Assembly: GCA_030592645.1 (NCBI GenBank)
Contig: JAUVIR010000002.1
Span: forward strand, 8,065-72,064
DNA length: 64,000 bases
DNA from: Candidatus Fermentibacterota bacterium
GTDB taxonomy: Bacteria > Fermentibacterota > Fermentibacteria > Fermentibacterales > JCC-6
Direction: 5' to 3'
Position numbers and translations under genes: made by a program. Shown here piece by piece: positions 45,231-55,281 of the stretch (positions within the stretch are counted from its first letter, which is position 1; the number at the start of each line of letters is the position of its first letter). Below the pieces are notes generated by a model. It had not been told where the DNA came from and searched no databases. It saw nothing but the letters and a program-made list of their open reading frames with translations.

Positions 45231-46832
45231 GTGAGCACAGGCATGAGACAGAAATCGGGAAATTCCTCCGGGGGAGAGATGGCAATCCTTTTTCTGATGA
45301 TTGCCGTTGTTGTTTCCATATTCCTTCTGATCAGCAATTTCGGTGTTCAGCTTGTTGATGACGGCTATTACTATCTGGAAATTGCCCGGAACATCGCAAG
45401 CGGAAACGGTTTTACCTTTGACGGATTGAATCCGACGAACGGTTTTCATCCGCTGTGGCAGATCATGCTTGTTCCGATATTTCTTCTAACCCGGAGCAGA
45501 GCTCTTGCTGCCATTGCTGTAACCATGCTGCAGGTCCTGCTTTTCGCTGGAACCGGTTTTATGGTCTACAGGATTCTGATCGAAAATACGAAGAAAATCA
45601 GCCTTTCTATCGCTGGCGCTGCCTTCTGGCTTTTTAATCTCTGGTTCTGGAGCAAGGGCGCGCTCTCCGGAATGGAGACCGGGCTTCTGACATTATGTTT
45701 CGGGACGAGTCTTCTTCTTTTTATCCGTTCACTATCCGGATCGTGCAGCACATGGCTGCTATCAGTTTCTCTTATCGTAACCTGCATGGCAAGGCTTGAT
45801 TCAATTGCCCTGGTCATCGCGATCTGTCTGATATTCCTCCTTCTTAAAAGGTTCCGTGATGCTGCTCGCACCGGGCTTCCGGTGATACTTTACCTGGCAC
45901 TCTACATGATAACCAGCAAGCTGGTCTTCGGGGGAATGCTCCCTGTTTCCGGATACATTAAATCCGCTACCGGCAGAGAACTGCTGGGACAGTTATTCGC
46001 AACTGGAAATATGAGGTTTGCTCAGCATGGAGTAACTAATATCTTAAGTTTTGTCACTATTGGAGGACGAGTTCCACTTTTACTATCCCTTGCGGCTATC
46101 GCTGGAATCATCTGGGCAGTACTTCATATCCTCAGAACCGCGGTTACTCCGATCAGAGAAGTGGTTGGCGTATGCTGCATTTACACAGTCTGTCTTTTAC
46201 TCTATTACTCATTTATGTACGAATCGCTTCTCGATATCTACACCTACTACTGGTTTCCGGTGATTCTCGGAATCATTATTTCAATATTTCTTCTACTGTC
46301 GCGAATACAGTACAGGTTACTCAGATCGGGCATTATCTGGATACTTCTCGCTGGACTTATCGGTTTTAATTATGTGTATGCACATGATCGGCTGCAGAGT
46401 TACTCATTTGTGATACCTGATTCGGACAGGCCTGAGCGGAATGGGGTTGAATTCCTGAACACACTTGATGACGGAACAGTGATCGGATCCTGGGACGCGG
46501 GATATGTGGGTTACTACTGCAGGCACAGAGTCGTTAATCTGGATGGTCTTGTAAATAACTATGAATATCAGGTCATCCTGCGTGAACAGGGGCTTGCAGA
46601 ATACCTTGATACGCAGAACATTACATGTATTGCAAACATCGATCACTTCACAGGTCAGAAAGATTTCATGGAACGTATGACCGGATGGTATCTGGCTTTT
46701 GAGGATTCGAGCGCATTCCCCAATCCTGTTTCACTGTTCTCAGTATCAGCGGGAGGCAGCCTGTATGCGTCTCGTCAATCCAGAATATTTTTCGTGTATT
46801 GCAGGTCGGACTCTGTTGATCTTGATAAATGA
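45231..46832 (+). CDS. GT-C fold membrane glycosyltransferase (ArnT/PMT-like family 39/83-like)
   Basis: DDGYYYLEIARNIASGNGF acidic loop motif after the first transmembrane helix and GFHPLW. About 12 transmembrane helices. 533 aa. Confidence 0.5.
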   Translation: MSTGMRQKSGNSSGGEMAILFLMIAVVVSIFLLISNFGVQLVDDGYYYLEIARNIASGNGFTFDGLNPTNGFHPLWQIMLVPIFLLTRSRALAAIAVTMLQVLLFAGTGFMVYRILIENTKKISLSIAGAAFWLFNLWFWSKGALSGMETGLLTLCFGTSLLLFIRSLSGSCSTWLLSVSLIVTCMARLDSIALVIAICLIFLLLKRFRDAARTGLPVILYLALYMITSKLVFGGMLPVSGYIKSATGRELLGQLFATGNMRFAQHGVTNILSFVTIGGRVPLLLSLAAIAGIIWAVLHILRTAVTPIREVVGVCCIYTVCLLLYYSFMYESLLDIYTYYWFPVILGIIISIFLLLSRIQYRLLRSGIIWILLAGLIGFNYVYAHDRLQSYSFVIPDSDRPERNGVEFLNTLDDGTVIGSWDAGYVGYYCRHRVVNLDGLVNNYEYQVILREQGLAEYLDTQNITCIANIDHFTGQKDFMERMTGWYLAFEDSSAFPNPVSLFSVSAGGSLYASRQSRIFFVYCRSDSVDLDK

Positions 46833-46839
46833 CTTCCAG

Positions 46840-47163
46840 CTAACGTAACAATCTACGTTCCAGAAGATCCTGAAGGTCTCTTCTTCCGTCAAGAACACAA
46901 TGAACGAATACCTTCTTACCTTCGATCTCGTAAATTACGCGATAAGGTTTGAAATGGAGTTCCAGATAGTTACTGACACTGATCCGCCTTAGTTCTGGAG
47001 GGATGTGACCACGTTCTGGAAGCTGATCGAGGGTATTACAGATTTCTTCAAGTTTGCCAAGGACGTAGTCTGCCTTGCGATCAGAATCATGTTCAAGAAT
47101 ATAGCGATAGATATCAAAAAGATCTTCTTGGACGTCGTGAATGATAATTACCTGATATGTCAC
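46840..47163 (-). CDS. parE: Type II toxin, RelE/ParE family
   Basis: 107 aa. ParE-like pattern (...SNYLELHFKPYRVIYEIEGKKVFVHCVLDGRRD). 4-bp overlap with the upstream antitoxin gene. Confidence 0.75.
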   Translation of the reverse strand: MTYQVIIIHDVQEDLFDIYRYILEHDSDRKADYVLGKLEEICNTLDQLPERGHIPPELRRISVSNYLELHFKPYRVIYEIEGKKVFVHCVLDGRRDLQDLLERRLLR

Positions 47164-47447
47164 TTGAGATTCTTGATTCGAGAACGAATACTATTAAAGG
47201 ATTGCTTTGCAGTCCTGTAGTTTCCTTCTCGTTTACTTTTTGAACTCTGGGCCAGCATTTTCAATAGTGCCAGACTTTCCTGTGTCTGCTCATATGATTC
47301 CAGATCCTGAACAATCACCTTCGCCTCGCCGTTCTGGGTTATAATAAAAGTCTTGTGTTCATCTGAAATTTCACGCAGCAATTCAGATGCATGTGCTTTC
47401 AAATAACTGATTGATTTAACAGAATCACTCAATTTCATGACAATCAC
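47160..47447 (-). CDS. Type II antitoxin, Phd/YefM family
   Basis: KTFIITQNGEAKVIVQDLESYEQTQESLALLK is the classic Phd/YefM core. True start is probably MKLSD at 47438. Confidence 0.7.
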   Translation of the reverse strand: MIVMKLSDSVKSISYLKAHASELLREISDEHKTFIITQNGEAKVIVQDLESYEQTQESLALLKMLAQSSKSKREGNYRTAKQSFNSIRSRIKNLK

Positions 47448-47647
47448 CTCAGACCATATATAGTTCGAATATAGGTCATGTCAAGATTTCTCAACTTGCG
47501 GGATTAACAATTGATTTATTTATGAATAAGCTTATCACTTTCATCGAGCTTAAAGCTTGCGCATTCAGATGGAGATCTTGATCTGGCTGATAGACTGGGA
47601 AATATCTTTATGAATACGACAATCAATCTGGGCATCTCTTTGGTTTA

Positions 47648-47839
47648 GTGAATCTTCAGGTATTTGACCTATCCGGGAGACTTATTTCTGAGCTTGATGC
47701 TGTTTCCTGTGAAGGGAAGGCTGTATTTCATTGGAATGGAGAAACATCTTCAGGAGTTGAACTCCCGTCAGGTATCTATACAGCAAGGCTATATTCGGGG
47801 CGTACAGTTATCACCGCAACGCTGTTAAAGCTTGAGTAG
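47648..47839 (+). pseudogene. Remnant of a T9SS/FlgD-Ig-type C-terminal sorting domain (63 aa, no upstream coding body)
   Basis: NLQVFDLSGRLISELDAV...LPSGIYTARLYSGRTVITATLLKLE closely parallels the C-terminal domain of the protein at 20442-21347. In-frame stops lie immediately upstream. Confidence 0.45.
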
Positions 47840-47934
47840 TAAGCTGTCCCGAGGCGATATGAACCATTGAACGTCAAATCACAAGACCATCATGGGGGCT
47901 CAGAAAGTAATACTTTTGAGAACTGGCACGGTTC

Positions 47935-48627
47935 CTAACTGTAATTGGATTCCACGAAATCGCAGAATTCTTCCATACCTTCGCCGGTCTTCGCCGAGAC
48001 GGTGAATACAAGAACGTCAGGATTGAGGCTTCTGCATTCCTCGATGGCCCTGTCCACGTCAAAATCAAGATGGGGGAGAAGATCCATCTTGTTAATTACC
48101 AGTACGTTGATAGTGCTGAAAAGACTGGGGTACTTGAGTATTTTGTCGTCACCCTCGGGTACCGAAAGAAGACCAATTCTCAGGTTTTCACCCAGATCGT
48201 AACCGCTTGGACAAATCAGATTCCCAACATTCTCGATCGCCAGTAACTCCAGTATGTCCGAATCCAGCTCCATCTGATCCATTGCATGTTTTACAGCATG
48301 GGCATCAAGATGGCAGGCGCCTCCGGTTTCTATCTGCCAGGCCTGGCATCCGGCTTTCTCTATCCTCTCAGCATCTCTTCTAGTTTGAATATCACCCTCT
48401 ATGACGGCCATTCTGGAACCGAAATAGTGTGCCATGGATTCCAATACGGTAGTTTTACCGGCACCGGGAGAGCTTATCAGATTAAGAGTGTAGATACCTT
48501 TTCCTTTCAGAAATCCTCTGTTCTCCGCGGCAAAGAGGTCATTTTTATTCATGACTGAAGTAGTTATGTCAATTTTCTGTTCAATTATCTCATCACACAT
48601 ATCAATCCTCTCCTTCTTCCAGTTCAA
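47935..48627 (-). CDS. hypB: Hydrogenase nickel incorporation GTPase HypB
   Basis: SPGAGKTT P-loop, CxxC-containing N-terminus, G-domain motifs. 230 aa. Confidence 0.9.
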   Translation of the reverse strand: MNWKKERIDMCDEIIEQKIDITTSVMNKNDLFAAENRGFLKGKGIYTLNLISSPGAGKTTVLESMAHYFGSRMAVIEGDIQTRRDAERIEKAGCQAWQIETGGACHLDAHAVKHAMDQMELDSDILELLAIENVGNLICPSGYDLGENLRIGLLSVPEGDDKILKYPSLFSTINVLVINKMDLLPHLDFDVDRAIEECRSLNPDVLVFTVSAKTGEGMEEFCDFVESNYS

Positions 48628-48949
48628 CGCTGTCCACAGTGAATTCCCTGCCTGAGAGAATTTTCCTGCTTAACGAACCGCAGTCCGGACAGCCCTGATA
48701 GAAATCCTCTGCTTCATATTCAGTATCGCAATCAAGACAGATAAGCTTTGCCCTGGTTTGATTTATGACCAACTCCGGCTCTCCGAACCCTTCGATCTTT
48801 GCAATTTCTGTAAAGCAGAATCTCAGTGATTCAGGGCTGATCCCCGAAAGGGGACCTACAGTGATATTGACCCGGTCCAGGTGAACTTTCCTTCCCAGAA
48901 CGTTACCTATGATCCTGGTCATGTCGTGGGCAAGAGATAGTTCATGCAT
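48602..48949 (-). CDS. hypA: Hydrogenase nickel insertion protein HypA
   Basis: MHELSLA start and CLDCDTEYE...CPDCGS zinc finger. 115 aa. Confidence 0.85.
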   Translation of the reverse strand: MHELSLAHDMTRIIGNVLGRKVHLDRVNITVGPLSGISPESLRFCFTEIAKIEGFGEPELVINQTRAKLICLDCDTEYEAEDFYQGCPDCGSLSRKILSGREFTVDSVELEEGED

Positions 48950-49005
48950 AGTATAGCCGCCATTCAGTTCAGGGAGGAAACACTGTGGTTAAAACCTTTT
49001 CAGAA

Positions 49006-49014
49006 TGGTAGAAT
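49006..49014 (+). promoter_or_regulatory. Possible extended -10 element (TGgTAGAAT) in the hypA/hypF divergent region
   Basis: Read directly. About 55 nt upstream of the hypF ATG. No convincing -35. Confidence 0.2.
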
Positions 49015-49067
49015 ATAACCTGTATTCAATATGTCAATGAGGATTATTCTATTCTGGAAGATCGGGT

Positions 49068-51335
49068 ATGCAGAGACTGAGGCTTGAGATAAGCGGAGCG
49101 GTTCAGGGAGTAGGTTTCAGACCTTTTGTGTATCGCCTCGCCCATCGCTACGGCCTTGCCGGCTGGGTATCCAACACATCTAAGGGTGTGGTCATCGAAG
49201 TTGACGGTGATACCGAAGTCCTCGCGCAGTTCGCCCAGGCTGTGCTGAATGAAAAACCGTCGGTATCCATCGTACAGAACATAAGCAGCAAGTATCTTCT
49301 TGCGGCGGGATATTCGAGCTTTAAGATACTCAAGAGCACCGGGGGAAAGAGGGAGGCATTCGTGCTTCCGGATCTGGCCACCTGTGGAGATTGTATGCTC
49401 GAGATACTTGACCCGGAGAACAGGAGGTATCGATATCCATTCACGAACTGCACGAACTGCGGTCCAAGATATTCAATAATCAATGCAATTCCCTACGACA
49501 GGCCGCAAACGACAATGTCCAGGTTCAGAATGTGTAGTAAATGCAGGGATGAGTACGAGGATCCTTATGACAGAAGATTCCATGCCCAGCCCAATGCCTG
49601 CCCCCAATGCGGCCCTCATCTTGAACTCTGGGATTCTGAAGGTATTATCCTGGCAAAGAGGGATGATGCCCTCATAAGAGCTTCGGAAGAGATACTTGAG
49701 GGGAAAATAATTGCGGTTAAAGGGCTCGGAGGCTTTCATCTTATTACTCTTGCCAGCTCTGATGAAGCTGTCCGAACACTCCGTTCCCGCAAGGGAAGGA
49801 AGATGAAGCCGTTTGCGCTTATGTTTCCATCGATTTCCCTTGTTTCCGAATTCTGTATGCTGTCCCACGGGGAAAGAGAGTCCCTTCAGTCGCCCCGTTC
49901 GCCCATCGTTCTTCTTAAAAAACGCGATGATCAGGATTCAGGCATGTGCATCTCTAAACTGGTATCCCCCTCCAACCCTGAATACGGGGTGATGCTGCCG
50001 TACACACCGCTTCATATCCTGCTTATGAAGGAGATCGGAGAGCCGGTGATTGCTACAAGCGGAAACCTCAGCGATGAACCCATCTGCACCGATGAAATCG
50101 AGGCCCTTCATCGCCTGGAAGGTATAGCGGATCTCCTTCTTGTTCATAACCGTCCGATAGCCCGTCATGTTGATGATTCCATTGTAAGAATATTTGATAA
50201 GAAAGAAATGATTCTGAGAAGGGCAAGGGGCTATGCACCGCTGCCTTTGAGTATGGATGAGAAAGCTGTATCCGTCTTAGCAACAGGAGGACATCTGAAG
50301 AATACACTGGCTCTGTCTATCGGGAAGAACGTTTTCACCAGTCAGCATATCGGGGATCTTGAGACCGTACAGGCCCTGGAGGCTTTCGATGAGGTCTGGA
50401 GCAGCATAGAAGCCCTTTACAACGCCGATCCCGAAATTATCGCATACGATATGCATCCGGACTACATCTCCTCGCAGCGTGCAAGAGAATCGCAGATCAG
50501 GAGTATTCCGGTTCAGCATCACATTGCTCATATATATTCCTGCATGCTTGACAGCGGGGTCAGGCCGCCTTTGCTTGGTATTGCTTGGGATGGAACAGGT
50601 TACGGTACCGATGGTACGGTATGGGGGGGGGAATTCTTCCATTTAACAGGCGGAACCGTGAGCAGGATTGCTCATCTGAGGTGCTTCCCCCTGCCGGGCG
50701 GAGAGAAAGCTGCCCGGGAGCCGAGAAGGTCAGCACTCGGTCTTCTCTCCGAGCTGTTCGATGATCCCGGGCAGCACCTTCCTTCGGGCGCGATTATTCC
50801 AGCGGAGATGGCTATCATGAAAAAGATGATATCCTCGAAGCTTAATTCACCTATCACTTCAAGTGCCGGAAGACTGTTCGATGCGGTTGCCTCGATCCTT
50901 GATCTTCATCAGACAATCGAGTTCGAGGGGCAGGCGGCGATGGCCCTTGAGCACGCGATTGGGGATACGGAGACCGATGAATCCTATCCGATCGAAATTC
51001 TTGAACTTGCAGAGAAACCGATGGTCATCGACTGGGCGCCTTTGATCCATGGTATTATCATCGATGCCTCGAACGGGATAGATACCGGCATTATTTCTGC
51101 TAAGTTCCACAATACACTTGCCGAAGGTATTGCTGCAGTTGCCAGGAGAGTTGGAGAGAAAAAGGTTGTTCTCAGCGGCGGCTGTTTTCAGAATGTCTAT
51201 CTTCTGAAGAGGGTTGTGCAAATACTCGAAAAGATTGGTTACAAGGCGTTCATCCACAGAAATCTTCCTCCGAACGATGGAGGTATCGCTCCGGGGCAGG
51301 TTATGGCAGCGCTTATGATGAATTCAGAAAAATGA
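49068..51335 (+). CDS. hypF: Carbamoyltransferase HypF
   Basis: Acylphosphatase domain (VQGVGFRPFV), two CxxC...CxxC zinc fingers (TNCTNCGPRYSI, PNACPQCGP), YrdC and Kae1-like domains. 755 aa. Confidence 0.9.
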   Translation: MQRLRLEISGAVQGVGFRPFVYRLAHRYGLAGWVSNTSKGVVIEVDGDTEVLAQFAQAVLNEKPSVSIVQNISSKYLLAAGYSSFKILKSTGGKREAFVLPDLATCGDCMLEILDPENRRYRYPFTNCTNCGPRYSIINAIPYDRPQTTMSRFRMCSKCRDEYEDPYDRRFHAQPNACPQCGPHLELWDSEGIILAKRDDALIRASEEILEGKIIAVKGLGGFHLITLASSDEAVRTLRSRKGRKMKPFALMFPSISLVSEFCMLSHGERESLQSPRSPIVLLKKRDDQDSGMCISKLVSPSNPEYGVMLPYTPLHILLMKEIGEPVIATSGNLSDEPICTDEIEALHRLEGIADLLLVHNRPIARHVDDSIVRIFDKKEMILRRARGYAPLPLSMDEKAVSVLATGGHLKNTLALSIGKNVFTSQHIGDLETVQALEAFDEVWSSIEALYNADPEIIAYDMHPDYISSQRARESQIRSIPVQHHIAHIYSCMLDSGVRPPLLGIAWDGTGYGTDGTVWGGEFFHLTGGTVSRIAHLRCFPLPGGEKAAREPRRSALGLLSELFDDPGQHLPSGAIIPAEMAIMKKMISSKLNSPITSSAGRLFDAVASILDLHQTIEFEGQAAMALEHAIGDTETDESYPIEILELAEKPMVIDWAPLIHGIIIDASNGIDTGIISAKFHNTLAEGIAAVARRVGEKKVVLSGGCFQNVYLLKRVVQILEKIGYKAFIHRNLPPNDGGIAPGQVMAALMMNSEK

Positions 51336-51348
51336 CAGGAGTATACTG

Positions 51349-51645
51349 ATGTGTCTTGGAGTTCCCGGAAGGATAGAGGAGATATCTGAGAATGATGATC
51401 CTCTCTTTGTAACCGGTAAAGTAAATTTCAGTGGTGTACTGAGGGAGGTCATCCTTGCAGGCATAAAAGATGCGAAGATCGGCGACTGGGTGATCGTTCA
51501 CGCTGGTTTTGCTCTTAACAAACTGAAGGAAGAGGAAGCCTCGGAAGTATTTGAATATCTTAGACAGATATCCGAATTCGGTCAGGACGAGCTTGAGGAC
51601 AGCGAAGGTATCTCAGATCAGAATGAAGAGGCTGGAATAGATTGA
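51349..51645 (+). CDS. hypC: Hydrogenase assembly chaperone HypC/HupF
   Basis: [10 protein letters not shown]-terminus. Confidence 0.85.
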   Translation: MCLGVPGRIEEISENDDPLFVTGKVNFSGVLREVILAGIKDAKIGDWVIVHAGFALNKLKEEEASEVFEYLRQISEFGQDELEDSEGISDQNEEAGID

Positions 51646-52736
51646 AATATGTTTCGGAATACAGGGACAGAGAATCGGCGATTGCGTATGCCGACCTCAT
51701 CAGAAAACTGGTTACACGGGAATGGAGTATCATGGAAGTCTGCGGCGGGCAGACCCATTCTATTGTTAAATACGGTATAGATCAGCTAATTCCCAATTCC
51801 GTAACCCTTATTCACGGACCGGGATGCCCTGTGTGCGTAACTCCAATTGAGCTTATCGATCAGGCCGCAGAGATCGCCGGGTTTGAAAATGTCATCTTCT
51901 GTTCATTTGGAGATATGCTGCGGGTGCCCGGAAGCATAACCGACCTTTTAGGAGTCAAGGCTTCCGGGGGAGATGTGAGAATGGTTTATTCTCCTGTTGA
52001 TGCAGTCCGTATCGCTGCTGCTAATCCGGACAGGGAGATCGTCTTCTTTGCGGTCGGTTTTGAAACCACTGCCCCTGTTACTGCCGCCGCTGTACTCCAG
52101 GCTGAACATCTCGGCCTGAATAATTTTTCACTGCTTGTTTCTCATGTACTTGTTCCTCCGGCGATCGAGGCTGTTCTATCCGGTGAGGACTGTGCTGTAC
52201 AGGGTTTTCTTGCCGCAGGGCATGTCTGCAGCGTGATGGGATATACAGAATACGAACCGATTGCGGAGAAGTATGGTGTACCTATTGTTGTGACCGGTTT
52301 TGAACCGCTTGATATTCTCGAGGGTATTCATATGTGTTTAAAACAGCTCGAAGAGGGCAGAGCGGATGTGGAGAACCAGTACCTGCGGGCGGTTTCGAGG
52401 GATGGAAACAGGGCTGCCATAGAAATAATGCGAAGCGTATTTGAGATAACAGACCGCAAATGGCGGGGTATCGGAAGAATCCCGGACAGCGGATTTTCAC
52501 TGAGGGAACGATTCGCGGGGTTCGATGCCGGAAAGAGATTCGAAGTTGGCAGCCATGAAGTGGACGAACCGGAGATCTGTATTTCCGGGGAGGTTCTAAG
52601 GGGTAACAAGAAGCCTTTTGAATGTGAAGCATTCGGAAAAGAGTGTACTCCCGAGCGTCCCCTCGGAGCACCAATGGTATCATCCGAAGGAGCCTGTGCA
52701 GCTTATTATCGCTACAGGCTGTCAAGGAAAAGATGA
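51642..52736 (+). CDS. hypD: Hydrogenase expression/formation protein HypD (TTG start)
   Basis: MKYVSEYRD start, [10 protein letters not shown] and FEC..C motifs. 364 aa. Confidence 0.9.
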   Translation: MKYVSEYRDRESAIAYADLIRKLVTREWSIMEVCGGQTHSIVKYGIDQLIPNSVTLIHGPGCPVCVTPIELIDQAAEIAGFENVIFCSFGDMLRVPGSITDLLGVKASGGDVRMVYSPVDAVRIAAANPDREIVFFAVGFETTAPVTAAAVLQAEHLGLNNFSLLVSHVLVPPAIEAVLSGEDCAVQGFLAAGHVCSVMGYTEYEPIAEKYGVPIVVTGFEPLDILEGIHMCLKQLEEGRADVENQYLRAVSRDGNRAAIEIMRSVFEITDRKWRGIGRIPDSGFSLRERFAGFDAGKRFEVGSHEVDEPEICISGEVLRGNKKPFECEAFGKECTPERPLGAPMVSSEGACAAYYRYRLSRKR

Positions 52737-53791
52737 TGGATACAAGAAAAATAACTGAGATTACATGTCCGATTTCCATTTCGGATTACCCCGAGATCAC
52801 AATGGCCCATGGGGGCGGCGGAAGGCTGATGAACGATCTTATCGGGAAGATCATGCTGAGGGTTTTCTCAAATCCCATTCTGGATGCAAGGCATGACGGT
52901 GCAGTTATTGCAGTGGGGGAGGGCAGACTGGCTTTTGCAACGGATTCACACGTTATTACTCCTTTGTTCTTTCCCGGCGGTGATATCGGTGCTCTTTCAG
53001 TATACGGAACTGTTAACGATCTGGCCATGTGCGGAGCGCATGCAAAGTGGCTAAGTGCCGGTTTCATAATAGAGGAAGGGTTTTCCATGGAGACCCTCTG
53101 GAGGATAGTTCTCTCGATGGCCGAAGCATCAATGAAAACCGGTGTATCGATAGTTACCGGAGATACAAAGGTGGTTGACAGGGGCAAGGGAGACGGCATC
53201 TACATTAATACGGCTGGAATAGGCATCATTCCCCCGGGGATCGACATCGATCCTTCAAGAATTACAGAAGGTGATGCAGTGGTTCTAAGCGGTGATATCG
53301 GAAGGCATGGCATGGCTGTAATGGCCATCCGGGAAGGGATAGAACTGGAGAGTACTATCCGGAGTGATCTGGCCCCCCTTGATTCAATGGTCAGGGATCT
53401 TCTGAGGGAGGAGCTGGATATACACTGCATGAGGGATCTCACCAGGGGAGGTCTTGCCAGCGGATTGAATGAGATAGCTTCCATGGTCGATTCATCAATA
53501 AGGATCGAAGAGAATCTGATACCTGTTCAGGATGAGGTTCAGGGCGCATGCGAGATCCTCGGTTTCGATCCTCTTTACGTGGCGAATGAGGGAAGATTCG
53601 TGGTCATCCTTCCGCGGGAAAACGCTGAGAGGGCTGTGGAAATCCTCAGGCAGCACGATAGCGGGCGTCAGGCTGAGATAATCGGCTTTGTGGAGAAACC
53701 GCAGTACGCCGATGTATTAATGACCAGCAGTATAGGCTCTGAGAGAATTGTCGATATGATGAGTGGTGAACAGCTGCCTCGGATATGCTGA
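52733..53791 (+). CDS. hypE: Carbamoyl dehydratase HypE
   Basis: MAHGGGG motif, PurM-like fold, C-terminal ...PRIC cysteine. ATGA overlap with hypD. The ORF-track start at 52643 is too long. Confidence 0.9.
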   Translation: MMDTRKITEITCPISISDYPEITMAHGGGGRLMNDLIGKIMLRVFSNPILDARHDGAVIAVGEGRLAFATDSHVITPLFFPGGDIGALSVYGTVNDLAMCGAHAKWLSAGFIIEEGFSMETLWRIVLSMAEASMKTGVSIVTGDTKVVDRGKGDGIYINTAGIGIIPPGIDIDPSRITEGDAVVLSGDIGRHGMAVMAIREGIELESTIRSDLAPLDSMVRDLLREELDIHCMRDLTRGGLASGLNEIASMVDSSIRIEENLIPVQDEVQGACEILGFDPLYVANEGRFVVILPRENAERAVEILRQHDSGRQAEIIGFVEKPQYADVLMTSSIGSERIVDMMSGEQLPRIC

Positions 53792-55263
53792 TACAGATGA
53801 ACATCAATAAGATATCGATGAGAACATGGATGCTGGGTGGTTTTGTTCTGGCAGCAGGATTTCTCCTTTTATCCTACAGCTCTGTATTGTCTCAGTATTT
53901 CTGGGATGAGGACGATTTCGCGTACGTTTCTAATGCTATTAATGAGAATTCCCCTGCCTATATTTTAAACAGTGAATTCTATGTACGGTAGTTTCCCAGA
54001 CCAATTGTACACCTTTACTGCTGGCTAATAGCACTATTCTCGGGTACGGTTATCTGGCCCTATTTTCTTTCAAATCTGCTTCTCTATGCTGCTAGCTCAG
54101 TTCTACTATTCAGACTGGTTCACAGGATGTCAGGAAATCTCACAGCCGGGCTTATCGCTGGAGTATTCTACCTTATCTCTCCCTGTGCAACTGATAGCCT
54201 GTACTGGCTGGCTGCCGGAGCAACAGGTTTCCTTTCAGGTTTCTTTATACTTCTTACAGCCAATATTTACATACAGGCCAGGAGAAGCACCGGCCGTAGA
54301 CTTTGTATCTTTGCGTGGTTCACAGCTGTGCTGGCGATGGGATCCAAAGAGTCCGCTTTATCACTGCCGCTTCTTCTCACCCTTCTGGAATTCTCCGAAA
54401 GCGAATCCAGGAAGGGATGGTTTCGAAGACTGCTTCCATTCTACTTGATTGCATTCCTCTTTGTTCTGAATGTAGCTCTTATTCAGCTGTCTTATCCGAA
54501 TGATGGTAATTTCTCAAGGTACGGGCTCAGTTGGATGATTCCCAGGAATTTGCTTCACTACTTCATCTACCCGCTCGCAGGAGCTATGCCTCCAAATATT
54601 GGAGAATACACACTGATCAAATTGATTGTCTATCCGGTAATGTGGATCCTGCCTCTGTTTTTAGGATCAGAGAGGGCGAAGAAACTTACTCTACTGGGAT
54701 TTGGATGGATCGGAATATCATCCTTACCTTTCCTTTCATGGATTATGGATTTTGAAGGGTTTCTCCCGAGGGTTTGTGATATACCTTCACGCTACTTCAA
54801 CATTCCATCCATGGGGGCTTCTATGGTTGTTTGCGGATTCTGTTTAATGCTGCACGATAGATTCAGAAAAACCATCTCGATTATCACCGCTGTTCTTATT
54901 CTTGTTTTCATGGTGTTCACGAGTGTTCAGTGGACCCATAAGAAGGTGCAGCCCATTGTTCATTCTGCTGAAACGGAAGCCTGTCTGGTGGATATTGCCC
55001 TATCATCATGGAATGGTGCAAATTGCTTATATATCGGTGCTTTCGGACTAAGTGAGTTCCGTATTGATTGCTATAACAAAATGTATTTTCACGGAAGCCT
55101 GATACAGGTAGATCCTTTTCCGTTAGATGCTCCAGCAGGTGCTCGAATGCTCTGCGGTCCAGCAGCCACACCAAGGCTTTACATATTTGATGGAAACAGA
55201 TGGAGTGTTGAAAGGTCTTTTGATAGTTGTGCCCGAACCACGGAAATCATCGAGGATAGGTAG
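53785..55263 (+). pseudogene. GT-C fold membrane glycosyltransferase (PMT/ArnT-like) interrupted by a single in-frame TAG at 53989-53991
   Basis: ORFs 53785-53991 and 54127-55263 are in the same frame. The 135 nt between them have no other stop and encode ...FPRPIVHLYCWLIALFSG... (GT-C loop motif). The N-terminus has the WDEDDFAY acidic motif. Confidence 0.5.
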
Positions 55264-55281
55264 ATTCCTGTTTGTACCGGT

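Noticed and set aside
53989-53991. Possibility that the in-frame TAG is decoded as pyrrolysine or reflects an alternative genetic code
   Set aside because: TAG serves as an ordinary stop for several genes in this window (e.g. dnaJ at 7599-7601, the CpoB-like gene at 28603-28605). No pyl genes are seen. A nonsense mutation or assembly error is more parsimonious.
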